From the NCBI GenBank assembly GCA_964482515.1, contig CAYZXT010000009.1:16251-80250 (forward strand): a DNA stretch of 64,000 nt, written 5' to 3'. Made by a program: the position numbers and the translations under genes. The stretch is from an uncultured Elusimicrobia bacterium. GTDB lineage: Bacteria > Elusimicrobiota > Elusimicrobia > FEN-1173. Below the pieces are notes generated by a model. That model had not been told where the DNA came from and searched no databases. It saw nothing but the letters and a program-made list of their open reading frames with translations. The stretch's first letter is position 1. The number at the start of each line of letters is the position of its first letter. Positions 56,532-64,000 of this stretch are shown one piece after another.

Positions 56532-57943
56532 GGAAAAAGATTTGCTTGATCCTGGAGGGGACCTATCCCTACGTGCGCGGCGGCGTGGGCATGTGGGCCC
56601 ACGACCTGATCCGCCGCTCGCCGCAGCATGACTTCACGGTCGTGGCCGTGACGGATTCGCCCAAGGGTCCGCGGGATGTCCTCTACGAGCTTCCGCCCTA
56701 CGTGCTTGACGTCGTCACAGTGAACCTGAACAAAAAGCTGCCTTCGACCTTGACGGCGACGGCCGCCCCGCGCACTTCCGACAGCGGGCGCTTGGCCCTC
56801 GGCATCGTGGAGACGCTCAAGGAAATGGAAGCGGGCGATTTCAGCGGGCTGGAACGCCTCGTCCAGGAGTGCGACCGGACGACCTTCGCGTTCGCGGACC
56901 TCCTTTTCAACGAAGCGCTCTGGAAGCAATTCGTCGGATACGCTTCACGGCTGGACGGGGAAAACCCCTTCGCGGGATTGTTCTGGACCTGGCAGGTCCT
57001 CTTCGAGACCACGGCGCGGCTGCTGCGCGCGCCCATTCCGGAGGCGGACGTCTACCACAGTGCGTCGACGGGCTACGCGGGGCTGCTCGCCTGCCTGGCG
57101 AAGGTCCGGACCGGCAAGCCCTTCGTCCTTTCCGAGCACGGGCTCTATCTCCAGGAGCGCCAGATGGAACTGGCTTTCCACGGCGTCCTGCGCGGCGCCC
57201 AACGGGAGTTCGTCGAAGGATTTTTCTCCGGCGTGAGCCGCTGGTGCTACGGGCTGGCGGACGAGATCACCTCGCTCTGCGGACCGATCCGCGAGCACCA
57301 GATTTCCCTCGGCGCGGCCCCCGCGAAGACGTTCATCGTCCCCAACGGGATCAACGTGCAGCGCTTCGCTTCCCTGCCGCGCGTCGCGCACGAAGGTTTC
57401 CACATCGGCTTGGTGGGCCGGGTGGCGCCGGTGAAGGACGTGAAGCTGCTCATCTTCGCGGCCAAGGAGCTTTTGTCGCGGATCCCGGAGCTGCGCGTTT
57501 CCATCGCGGGCCCCTCCGCGGACCCCGGCTATTTCCGCGAATGCCAGGAACTGGTTGCGCGGCTCGGCTTGGAGCGCGTGGTGCGCTTCCTGGGTTTCGT
57601 CGACGCGGCGCGGCTCTATCCGGAGCTGGACATGCTGGTGCTCTGCAGCCTGAAGGAAGTGCAGCCCCTGGCCGTTTTGGAAGCCATGGCCGCGCGCATC
57701 CCGGTGGTGGCGACCCAGAGCGGCGGCATTCCGGAGATCCTGGGCGGCATCGGCGCGCTCGTGCCGCCCCGGAACCTGGACGCGCTGGTGAAAACCATCC
57801 GGCGCGTGTACGAGGACAAGGCGATGCGCGAGGTGATGGTGCGCCTGGGCTTCGAGCGGGTCTCCTCGACCTACGCGCACGAAAAAAGTTTGGACCAGTT
57901 CCACCGTTTCTACGCGGCGACGGAACCCGTGGTCCGGGGATAA
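56528..57943 (+). CDS. pelF: PelF-like GT4 glycosyltransferase (DUF3492 N-domain)
   Basis: GTGA overlap start. (M)RKKICLILEGTYPYVRGGVGMWAHDLI is the characteristic PelF N-terminus. The C-terminal GT4 EX7E region is ...SLKEVQPLAVLEAMAARIPVVATQSGGIPEIL. Confidence 0.8.
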   Translation: MRKKICLILEGTYPYVRGGVGMWAHDLIRRSPQHDFTVVAVTDSPKGPRDVLYELPPYVLDVVTVNLNKKLPSTLTATAAPRTSDSGRLALGIVETLKEMEAGDFSGLERLVQECDRTTFAFADLLFNEALWKQFVGYASRLDGENPFAGLFWTWQVLFETTARLLRAPIPEADVYHSASTGYAGLLACLAKVRTGKPFVLSEHGLYLQERQMELAFHGVLRGAQREFVEGFFSGVSRWCYGLADEITSLCGPIREHQISLGAAPAKTFIVPNGINVQRFASLPRVAHEGFHIGLVGRVAPVKDVKLLIFAAKELLSRIPELRVSIAGPSADPGYFRECQELVARLGLERVVRFLGFVDAARLYPELDMLVLCSLKEVQPLAVLEAMAARIPVVATQSGGIPEILGGIGALVPPRNLDALVKTIRRVYEDKAMREVMVRLGFERVSSTYAHEKSLDQFHRFYAATEPVVRG

Positions 57944-57952
57944 GGGGACACC

Positions 57953-59383
57953 ATGGCGGGCGTCGGCATCGAACTGCAGGCATCGTTCCTGAAGCGGCGG
58001 AGTTATCTCCGACTCCTGAAAATTTTCGGCTACGCCACCTCTCTGGCCGGCGGGCCGTGGCTGGTGGCCAGCATCACGGTGGCGCTGCTCTGCGTCTTCG
58101 GGATCAAGCAATATTCCTGGCATGAGATGACGCTCTTCGCCGTGGTCGTGATGTACGCCTTCGCGGGCTCGGTCCTCTTCGTCAGTCCCTTCGCCCTTTC
58201 CTTCGGGCGCTACCTGGCGGACCAGACCTTCGTCGGGCGGCTGAACCAGCGGCGGATGTTCCTGCTGCTCGAGGCCGTGATCGTGCCGCTCGCGGCGGTG
58301 ACGGGGTACTTCGCGGCGCGGCATTTCCTGCCGGACAGCGTGGTCCACGCCAGCGCTTACCGCCTCCTGGCCGCGGCGCTCTTCACGTTTCTCGCGGGGC
58401 TTTGGCCGGTGATGACCTACCTTGATTTCCGGCGTCGGCTGTCGCATCCGATGATCGCCTTCGTGGCCGGATCGCTTGCCGCCCTGGCGAGCTCCTGGTG
58501 GTTCCGGCGATACCTCGACTCCACCGGCTACATGGCCGGGTTCACGTTGGGCATGGGCCTGATCTACGCCGCGCTTTTCTTTTCCGCGCTTCACCGCCCG
58601 GTGGGAGCCGCCCGCGATCTGAAAGCCGAAAAACCTTATCTCGAGGCGGCGCGGCCCAAGTTCGCGGCCCTGATCCTCATCGGCGTCTTCTACAACCTCG
58701 GCATCTGGATGGATAAGTTCGTGATCTGGTCCACGCGCGGGACCGTCGTGTGGCCCGAGAGCCCGCTGCGCGTCCTGCACGTCTACGACATCGCCACCTT
58801 CATGGCCTACCTGCTCCTGATCCCGGGCATCGCCTATTTCCTCCTGGTGGTGGAATCTTCCTTCTACGAAAAATTCCGCGAATACCTCGCCGGCCTGGAG
58901 AGCGATCCCTATCATGAGGTCGAGGAAAAGCGGGCCGGCCTGGTGCGCGGCTTGTTCCGCCAGGCGGCGTACCTCGCCGAACTGCAGGCCATCCTAACGG
59001 TGATCGCGTTTTTCATCGGGCCCGCGCTCTTCCGCACGCTCGGATTACCCGCGGAGGGCGTCCCGATCTACCGCGTGCTCATCTGGGCCGCGTCGTTCCA
59101 GGTGATGTTGTGGATGGGGATCCTCCTGTTGCTTTATTTCGAGTTCCGGCGCGAGGCGTTGCTCGCGGCGGTCGGTTTTTGTTTCGCCAACACCGTTTTG
59201 ACATATGCCAGTCTGAATTCTCCCGGCTGGGTTTTAGGCTGGGGGTACGCGTTGTCTGCGCTGGCCGCCGGCGTCTTCAGCCTATGGGCGCTGCACGTAC
59301 GTCTTAAGGACCTCCACCGGCATATTTTCCGGCTGCACTTCGTGGAGCCCCCGCCGGTCCTCGATGAGAGCGCGCAAGGCTAA
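57953..59383 (+). CDS. pelG: PelG-like polysaccharide export membrane protein
   Basis: MAGVGIELQASFLKRRSYLRLLKIFGYATSLAGGPWLV..., about 12 TM helices, 476 aa. Confidence 0.75.
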   Translation: MAGVGIELQASFLKRRSYLRLLKIFGYATSLAGGPWLVASITVALLCVFGIKQYSWHEMTLFAVVVMYAFAGSVLFVSPFALSFGRYLADQTFVGRLNQRRMFLLLEAVIVPLAAVTGYFAARHFLPDSVVHASAYRLLAAALFTFLAGLWPVMTYLDFRRRLSHPMIAFVAGSLAALASSWWFRRYLDSTGYMAGFTLGMGLIYAALFFSALHRPVGAARDLKAEKPYLEAARPKFAALILIGVFYNLGIWMDKFVIWSTRGTVVWPESPLRVLHVYDIATFMAYLLLIPGIAYFLLVVESSFYEKFREYLAGLESDPYHEVEEKRAGLVRGLFRQAAYLAELQAILTVIAFFIGPALFRTLGLPAEGVPIYRVLIWAASFQVMLWMGILLLLYFEFRREALLAAVGFCFANTVLTYASLNSPGWVLGWGYALSALAAGVFSLWALHVRLKDLHRHIFRLHFVEPPPVLDESAQG

Positions 59384-60314
59384 ACTCGCCGCGGCGTTCC
59401 TGTTTTGCGCTTCGCACCTCGCGGCGGCGCATCCGGCCGCCTCAACTCCTACCCAAAACGCCCCGTCCGACAAACCGGGACCACGACTAGCGTCGACGGC
59501 CTTCGCCTGTTATTACGGCTACGGCCGCCTCGAGGAACTGAAAAATTACCGCCTCGTCGTCCTCCAGCCCTCCGCCTATAATCCGTCCGATATCGCCGCG
59601 CTCAAAGAAGCGGGCGTCACCGTGCTCGCGTACATTTCCCTCGGCGAGGACGAGGAGCTGCGCCGCGGCAACGGGCGCGGCCCCGGCGGCTGGGCGGATT
59701 GGTATCTGGACGAGTTCAAGGGGGCCGGGTTCGCGTACCCGGGCCCGGACGGACAGCCGGACAAGCACGCCGCCTGGGGCTCCTACTACGTGGACCCATC
59801 CCGTTCCGGTTGGAGGAAGCGCGCGCTTCAATCGGCCGAACGATTTAAATCCGTATTTGGGTTCGACGGTCTTTTCTTGGACACGATGCTTCTCCCGCGG
59901 GACGCCTTCCGCGAAAAGACCGAGCGGCGGATGGACAAGGGAATGAAGCGCCTGCTGGCGGAGCTGCGGCGGGATTGGCCCGGCGGATACTTTTTGGGGA
60001 ACAATGCCTGGGAGTTTTTAGAACAGGAGAAGTTGCTCAACGGCGTCATGCTGGAGAGCGCCCTGGGGGAAGACCCCTCCGGCTTCCAAAAGATCGGCCG
60101 TCTGGTCAAAGAGGTTCAGCAATTGAGGCCCTTGGACGCGTTCCTCCTGGAAACAATTTCTCCCGGAGCGGGGGCGAAGGCGGACGCCGTCTGCGCGACT
60201 GCCGATCTCCTGGGTTTTTCGGCCGCCCTCTACTCAGACGACGAGGCAGGCCGGTCGCTGACTGTTTTTCCGTGGAAGACGTGCGGCCCGGGTCCATCCG
60301 CGTTAAAGCGGTGA
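59364..60314 (+). CDS. Exported TIM-barrel glycoside hydrolase (GH114 / PelA-hydrolase-like)
   Basis: Signal peptide MRARKAKLAAAFLFCASHLAAAHP. ...YRLVVLQPSAYNPSDIAALKEAGVTVLAYISLGE...YYVDPSRSGWRKRALQSAERFKSVFGFDGLFLDTM.... It overlaps the pelG-like 3' end by 20 nt. Confidence 0.55.
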   Translation: MRARKAKLAAAFLFCASHLAAAHPAASTPTQNAPSDKPGPRLASTAFACYYGYGRLEELKNYRLVVLQPSAYNPSDIAALKEAGVTVLAYISLGEDEELRRGNGRGPGGWADWYLDEFKGAGFAYPGPDGQPDKHAAWGSYYVDPSRSGWRKRALQSAERFKSVFGFDGLFLDTMLLPRDAFREKTERRMDKGMKRLLAELRRDWPGGYFLGNNAWEFLEQEKLLNGVMLESALGEDPSGFQKIGRLVKEVQQLRPLDAFLLETISPGAGAKADAVCATADLLGFSAALYSDDEAGRSLTVFPWKTCGPGPSALKR

Positions 60315-60434
60315 CGCTATCTCATTCACTGTAACCGGTCGGCTTTACGAGGGTCATATCACTGTATAATAAAAGGATCGAGAAAGTTTTTTTCGAACAC
60401 TAAACCTTGTGCGGTTCACCCGTTCAAGCGTTTT

Positions 60435-61088
60435 GTGTTGTTTCCTATGAGAGGAATTGTGGACATTTCTGACATAAAAGACGTCTCCGATAAGCAGTTA
60501 GTGGCCGAGGCTCAAAACGGCCAAGAGAGAGCTTTTAGCCGTTTGCAGCAAAGATATCAGGCATCGCTCTTCATTATGGTTTTTCGCCATCTCGGACATC
60601 GGGAAGAGGCGGAAGACGTCGTACAACAGTCCTTCTTGAAAGCCTATCAGCACATCAACGATTTCCGCGGCGAATCTAAATTTTATACATGGCTGTACAC
60701 CATCGCGTTGAACCTTAGCCGCAACCACATACGCCAGCGCCACAGCCGCCGGACGGTTTCTTTGGACGATATGAGTTCCCAGTATGACGGTCCTCCGCCT
60801 CAGTGGATCGAAAAAGGGCCTACTCCGGAAGAGGAAGCCGACCGCCATGCCGACCTTGAAGCCATCCGGGATTCCTTGGAGTGTTTGGGGGAGGAGCAAA
60901 GGACGATCTTCGTTTGGCATTATTTCCAGCAGCTTTCGTTGGATGAGGTCGCCCGGCGCCTCGGCCGTCCCGTGGGGACCGTCAAGGTCTATCTCCATCG
61001 GGCCCGTAAGACAATTTATAAGGCCTTGACCGGCAATGGAGGGAACAAGAAATTTAAAAGCATTCTGTTTGTTGAAAGGACATCTTAG
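60435..61088 (+). CDS. ECF-type sigma-70 family factor
   Basis: Region 2: AEDVVQQSFLKAYQHINDFRGESKFYTWLYTIALNLSRNHIRQ. Region 4: LSLDEVARRLGRPVGTVKVYLHRARKTI. The exact start is uncertain (GTG 60435 or ATG 60447). Confidence 0.85.
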   Translation: MLFPMRGIVDISDIKDVSDKQLVAEAQNGQERAFSRLQQRYQASLFIMVFRHLGHREEAEDVVQQSFLKAYQHINDFRGESKFYTWLYTIALNLSRNHIRQRHSRRTVSLDDMSSQYDGPPPQWIEKGPTPEEEADRHADLEAIRDSLECLGEEQRTIFVWHYFQQLSLDEVARRLGRPVGTVKVYLHRARKTIYKALTGNGGNKKFKSILFVERTS

Positions 61089-61153
61089 TCCCATAGATGT
61101 AATTTTATCGTCGCAGGCGTGTCGAATAAACGGGTTTCAAGGAGCGTATTCGG

Positions 61154-61306
61154 ATGAGTCGAGTCTGGATCATAAGTTTCCTCGCCCTGATCGCCGTCTT
61201 TTTGCCGGTATGGTCGTACAGCCAGAATTGGGGTTATCAGGCCAGCGCCGGTATCGGAGCAATTTTTCTTATCTTCCTGCTCTTGAACAAGTTTCACGTT
61301 ATATGA
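61154..61306 (+). CDS. 50-aa two-TM membrane protein (possible anti-sigma or accessory peptide)
   Basis: AAGGAG lies 8 nt upstream of the ATG. The product is MSRVWIISFLALIAVFLPVWSYSQNWGYQASAGIGAIFLIFLLLNKFHVI*. It is too short for the ORF track. Confidence 0.45.
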   Translation: MSRVWIISFLALIAVFLPVWSYSQNWGYQASAGIGAIFLIFLLLNKFHVI

Positions 61307-61326
61307 CGCTATTTTAGGACGATATC

Positions 61327-63306
61327 ATGAATGGACTTTCTCCCCTAACCGAACGGCCAAGCAACCCGATCTCCTCCCCGCTGCTTCAAAAAAGCCTTTC
61401 CGGGTTTTTATTGAAGCCCATCCTGCGATCCGCGGCGCTGTCGAACCGTTTGACCACGACCGGAAGCTCTCTGGCCGTGGGCGTGAGCGTCGCTGTTCTG
61501 ATCGGGCATGCTTTGCCGACGTATTGGCAAACGTTCATCTGGTGGATAGGCCGGCCGACGGTTTTGTCCTCGATAGCTTTCATCCTTCTTGGCTTAACGC
61601 TTATTCTTGAGAATAAGCGGTTGGTTCGGCGTGATTTTTTGCTCGTCGGCGTGGGGACCTTCGTCAGCGGTTTTGTTTTTCTGCATCCATGGCTCAGGAC
61701 GTTGGCTCAAAACGGGTCGCTGCCGGGCTGGGAAAAATATTTTTACCCTGGAGCGTTGACCTACAAACTCGCTGAAAGCTATTTTTCCGTCGCGGCCCTT
61801 TTCCTGTTCGGCCTTTGTCTGGCGCTTTGCCGCATGGTCACGCGTCGCCATACCCGGTTGGGGGACTACATGGGCGCGGTGCTTGTGTGCCTCGGCATGA
61901 TCCATACCCTTTTCTTCCTTGGGTATTTATACGGAAAGCCGTCCTTCATCGGGGGGAATTTAGTGGCGCCGCCTTTTCCAAGCGTGTTATCGACGGGCTT
62001 CTTGACTTTGGCCCTCTTGGGGCGGCTCGGCCCGGGCTATTTCCCCATGCGGCCTATGGTGGGCCCCACCATCCCCGCCGTTCTTCTCCGTAAGTTTCTT
62101 CCCGTCACGCTGGCCGCGGTCCTCATATACTCGTTTTCCCGGGAAAGCCTTTTGGTGTTTCTGTCTCCCGCTGTCGCCACGTTCATCACTCTGCTTCTTT
62201 CCCTGATGATCGTTGTTTTCCTCGTGATGAAGTCTTCCGCCGTTCTAAGCGCCGAGCTTGGGGACGCGTTGAAGGAAACGGAGCAAAGGTTCAGGCATTT
62301 GGTCAGCAGCCTGAAAGATCACGGCATGTCGTTGACGGACCAGTACGGGCAGATCCTTTTGTGGAACGTCGGAGCGGAGCGATTGACGGGATACGACGCT
62401 TCCGAAGTCGTGGGGGAACAGCTTACCCGCCTGTTGCGGAGCCCGGGCCACGCGCTGGAAAGCGCGCTGGCGCGCGCCCGGGAAAATAAAAGCTCGATGA
62501 TCCAAAGCTGGATCGAACGGAACGACGGAACGTTGTTTTGGGCGGAAATCATGATCAGCGCCTTGCCAGACGAGGAGGGGCAAACGCAGGCGTACTCCGT
62601 GGTGATCCGTGATTTTACGGAGCGGAAAAAAGCGGACGAGAAGCTTCAGGCGTCGTTGCGCGAGAAAGAAGCCATGCTCAAGGAAATACACCACCGCGTC
62701 AAAAACAACCTGCAGGTGATCTCCAGCCTGCTGCGCCTGCAGTCGGAAAAAGCCCACGATAAGGAAACATTGGCGCTTTTCCAGGACAGCCAGGAGCGCG
62801 TCCGGTCCATGGCCATGGTCCACGAATATCTCTATCAGTCCAACGATCTGGCCAGGATCGATTTTCGGGGATATGTCACCAGTTTGGTCCGAAATCTGTG
62901 CCGCTCCTACGGGTATACAACGGTCGATGATAGGTTTCAGATCCATGTCGATGAGGCGCTATTGAATTTGGACATCGCGGTTCCCTGCGGACTCATTTTG
63001 ACTGAATTGGTTTCCAACGCTTTGAAGTATGCGTATTCAAGCGATAAGCAAGGCCCGATCCGTGTGAGCTTCCGCAACATATCGGACAACGCCTATGAGT
63101 TGACGGTGGCGGACGAAGGCGTTGGTTTGCCGAAAGAATTCGACATGGAAAACGCTTCATCCCTGGGCTTGCGGTTGGTCCACATCCTGACGGAGCAGTT
63201 GCATGGCCAGATACGGCTGGGAACCGGCAATGGGACGAAATTTATCATCTCGTTCAAGAGACCTGAGGAAAACATTGAGAGTCTTGGAGGAAATAAAAAT
63301 GCCTGA
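61327..63306 (+). CDS. Sensor histidine kinase, HisKA_2/HWE-type, with a polytopic N-terminal sensor and a PAS domain
   Basis: It has about 8 TM helices and a PAS domain (...GMSLTDQYGQILLWNVGAERLTGYDASEVVG...). The H-box is KEIHHRVKNNLQVISSLLRLQ, and the ATPase motifs include NALKYA and DEGVGLP. Confidence 0.85.
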   Translation: MNGLSPLTERPSNPISSPLLQKSLSGFLLKPILRSAALSNRLTTTGSSLAVGVSVAVLIGHALPTYWQTFIWWIGRPTVLSSIAFILLGLTLILENKRLVRRDFLLVGVGTFVSGFVFLHPWLRTLAQNGSLPGWEKYFYPGALTYKLAESYFSVAALFLFGLCLALCRMVTRRHTRLGDYMGAVLVCLGMIHTLFFLGYLYGKPSFIGGNLVAPPFPSVLSTGFLTLALLGRLGPGYFPMRPMVGPTIPAVLLRKFLPVTLAAVLIYSFSRESLLVFLSPAVATFITLLLSLMIVVFLVMKSSAVLSAELGDALKETEQRFRHLVSSLKDHGMSLTDQYGQILLWNVGAERLTGYDASEVVGEQLTRLLRSPGHALESALARARENKSSMIQSWIERNDGTLFWAEIMISALPDEEGQTQAYSVVIRDFTERKKADEKLQASLREKEAMLKEIHHRVKNNLQVISSLLRLQSEKAHDKETLALFQDSQERVRSMAMVHEYLYQSNDLARIDFRGYVTSLVRNLCRSYGYTTVDDRFQIHVDEALLNLDIAVPCGLILTELVSNALKYAYSSDKQGPIRVSFRNISDNAYELTVADEGVGLPKEFDMENASSLGLRLVHILTEQLHGQIRLGTGNGTKFIISFKRPEENIESLGGNKNA

Positions 63307-64000
63307 TGAAAAAATATTTATCGTGGAAGATGAAAGGATAGTCGCGGAGGATTTAAAAAGAATGCTCGAGCGGCTCGGGTATAAAGTGGTCGGCAGCGCG
63401 GTCAATGGGGCGGACGCCATTCGTCAGGTTGAAGCGAGCAGGCCGGATCTGGTCCTCATGGATATCCGGATCCAGGGCGCCATGGACGGTATTGAAGTGG
63501 CCGAACACATCTACACGCATTTCGATATCCCCGTAAGCTATCTAACCGCTTACGCTGACGAAACGACGCTGGAGCGCGCCAAAGCCACCATGCCCTTTGG
63601 ATATATATTAAAGCCGTTCGAAGAGCGGAATCTAAAAACAACCATCGAGCTGGCCCTGTATAGGCACCAGATGGACTCGATGTTGAAAGGGCTGGAGAAT
63701 TGGCACGCGGCCGCCTTGCAGGACTTGAGTGAAGCCGTTGTTGCGGCGGATACTCAGGGGCGAATAATGTTTATAAACAGGGAGGCGGAAACCTTGATGG
63801 GGCGTTCGCTGGATCAGGTGTACGGAAAATTTTTAGACCAGTTCGTGACATTCCGCGGGACCGGCGGGGCAGAATCGGAAGCTTTGGTTGAGCGGTCGGG
63901 CCGGAAGATCGTTTTGCGGGCCACTTGCACAACGATCAAAGCCGCCAACGGGCGCGCGACAGGTTCTGCCTGGGTTATTAAGGAAGCGGCCCCGTCCGTT
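63299..64000 (+). CDS. Response regulator (REC domain) fused to a PAS domain; 3' end lies beyond the window
   Basis: Manual translation: MPDEKIFIVEDERIVAEDLKRMLERLGYKVVGSAVNGADAIRQVEASRPDLVLMDIRIQGAMDG...YILKPF..., then a PAS-like AVVAADTQGRIMFINREAETLMG. It overlaps the kinase stop by 8 nt and the frame is open to 64000 (absent from the track). Confidence 0.8.
   Translation, partial: MPDEKIFIVEDERIVAEDLKRMLERLGYKVVGSAVNGADAIRQVEASRPDLVLMDIRIQGAMDGIEVAEHIYTHFDIPVSYLTAYADETTLERAKATMPFGYILKPFEERNLKTTIELALYRHQMDSMLKGLENWHAAALQDLSEAVVAADTQGRIMFINREAETLMGRSLDQVYGKFLDQFVTFRGTGGAESEALVERSGRKIVLRATCTTIKAANGRATGSAWVIKEAAPSV

Noticed and set aside
1-64000. Search for CRISPR arrays, tRNA/rRNA genes, transposases, integrases and IS termini
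   Set aside because: By eye I found no regularly spaced direct repeats with unique spacers, no tRNA-like cloverleaf segments, and no recombinase- or transposase-like ORFs. A computational scan (tRNAscan, Infernal, ISfinder) would be needed for certainty.

Overview
This is a 64-kb GC-rich chromosomal window from a bacterium with an outer membrane. I cannot assign a taxon from the sequence alone. I saw no rRNA, tRNA, CRISPR array, transposase or integrase. About 70 protein genes can be supported. Many long ORFs in the supplied track are antisense or out-of-frame artefacts of GC-rich coding DNA.

Left third (1-16.7 kb): envelope genes, namely beta-barrel OMPs, a TPR protein, a GT2 glycosyltransferase and a LemA / NTase / TPM cluster. 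It also holds a tight five-gene minus-strand operon. That operon encodes two signal-peptide-bearing tail-fibre-like paralogs (S74 chaperone-type C-termini), a protein with a T9SS-type C-terminal sorting domain, a PorV/PorQ-like barrel and an OmpA-like protein.

Middle (about 16.7-27.5 kb): a visibly AT-richer accessory island packed with nucleases and addiction modules. It contains a YhcG/DUF1016 PD-(D/E)xK nuclease, an exported S1/P1 nuclease, an MmeI-type IIL restriction-modification enzyme, two RelE/HigB-type TA pairs, a DUF1016_N-SNase fusion, a DEDDy exonuclease and ORF6N paralogs. At least three families of short nucleotide repeats lie between its genes.

The most unusual signal I found is in the three ORF6N paralogs, one of which lies outside the island at 1.8 kb. 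Each carries a perfect 12-15-bp-arm palindrome at exactly the same codon position, but with different arm sequences (a compensatory pattern). All three also share a roughly 55-nt upstream leader.

Right half:
- a Rho-like ATPase lacking the N-terminal RNA-binding domain, next to a DUF3592 protein
- a MerR plus two Hsp20 unit
- an RRM / DEAD-box operon
- SOD, Tpx and a truncated globin
- a cobalamin riboswitch with a TonB-dependent receptor
- a TolC-RND pair with no adaptor gene
- a rearranged Pel-like exopolysaccharide locus (PelD-like c-di-GMP receptor, split PelB-like and PelA-like functions, PelF, PelG)
- an ECF sigma / HWE-type kinase / response-regulator module that runs off the right edge

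All family calls rest on motif recognition by eye; no database search was possible.
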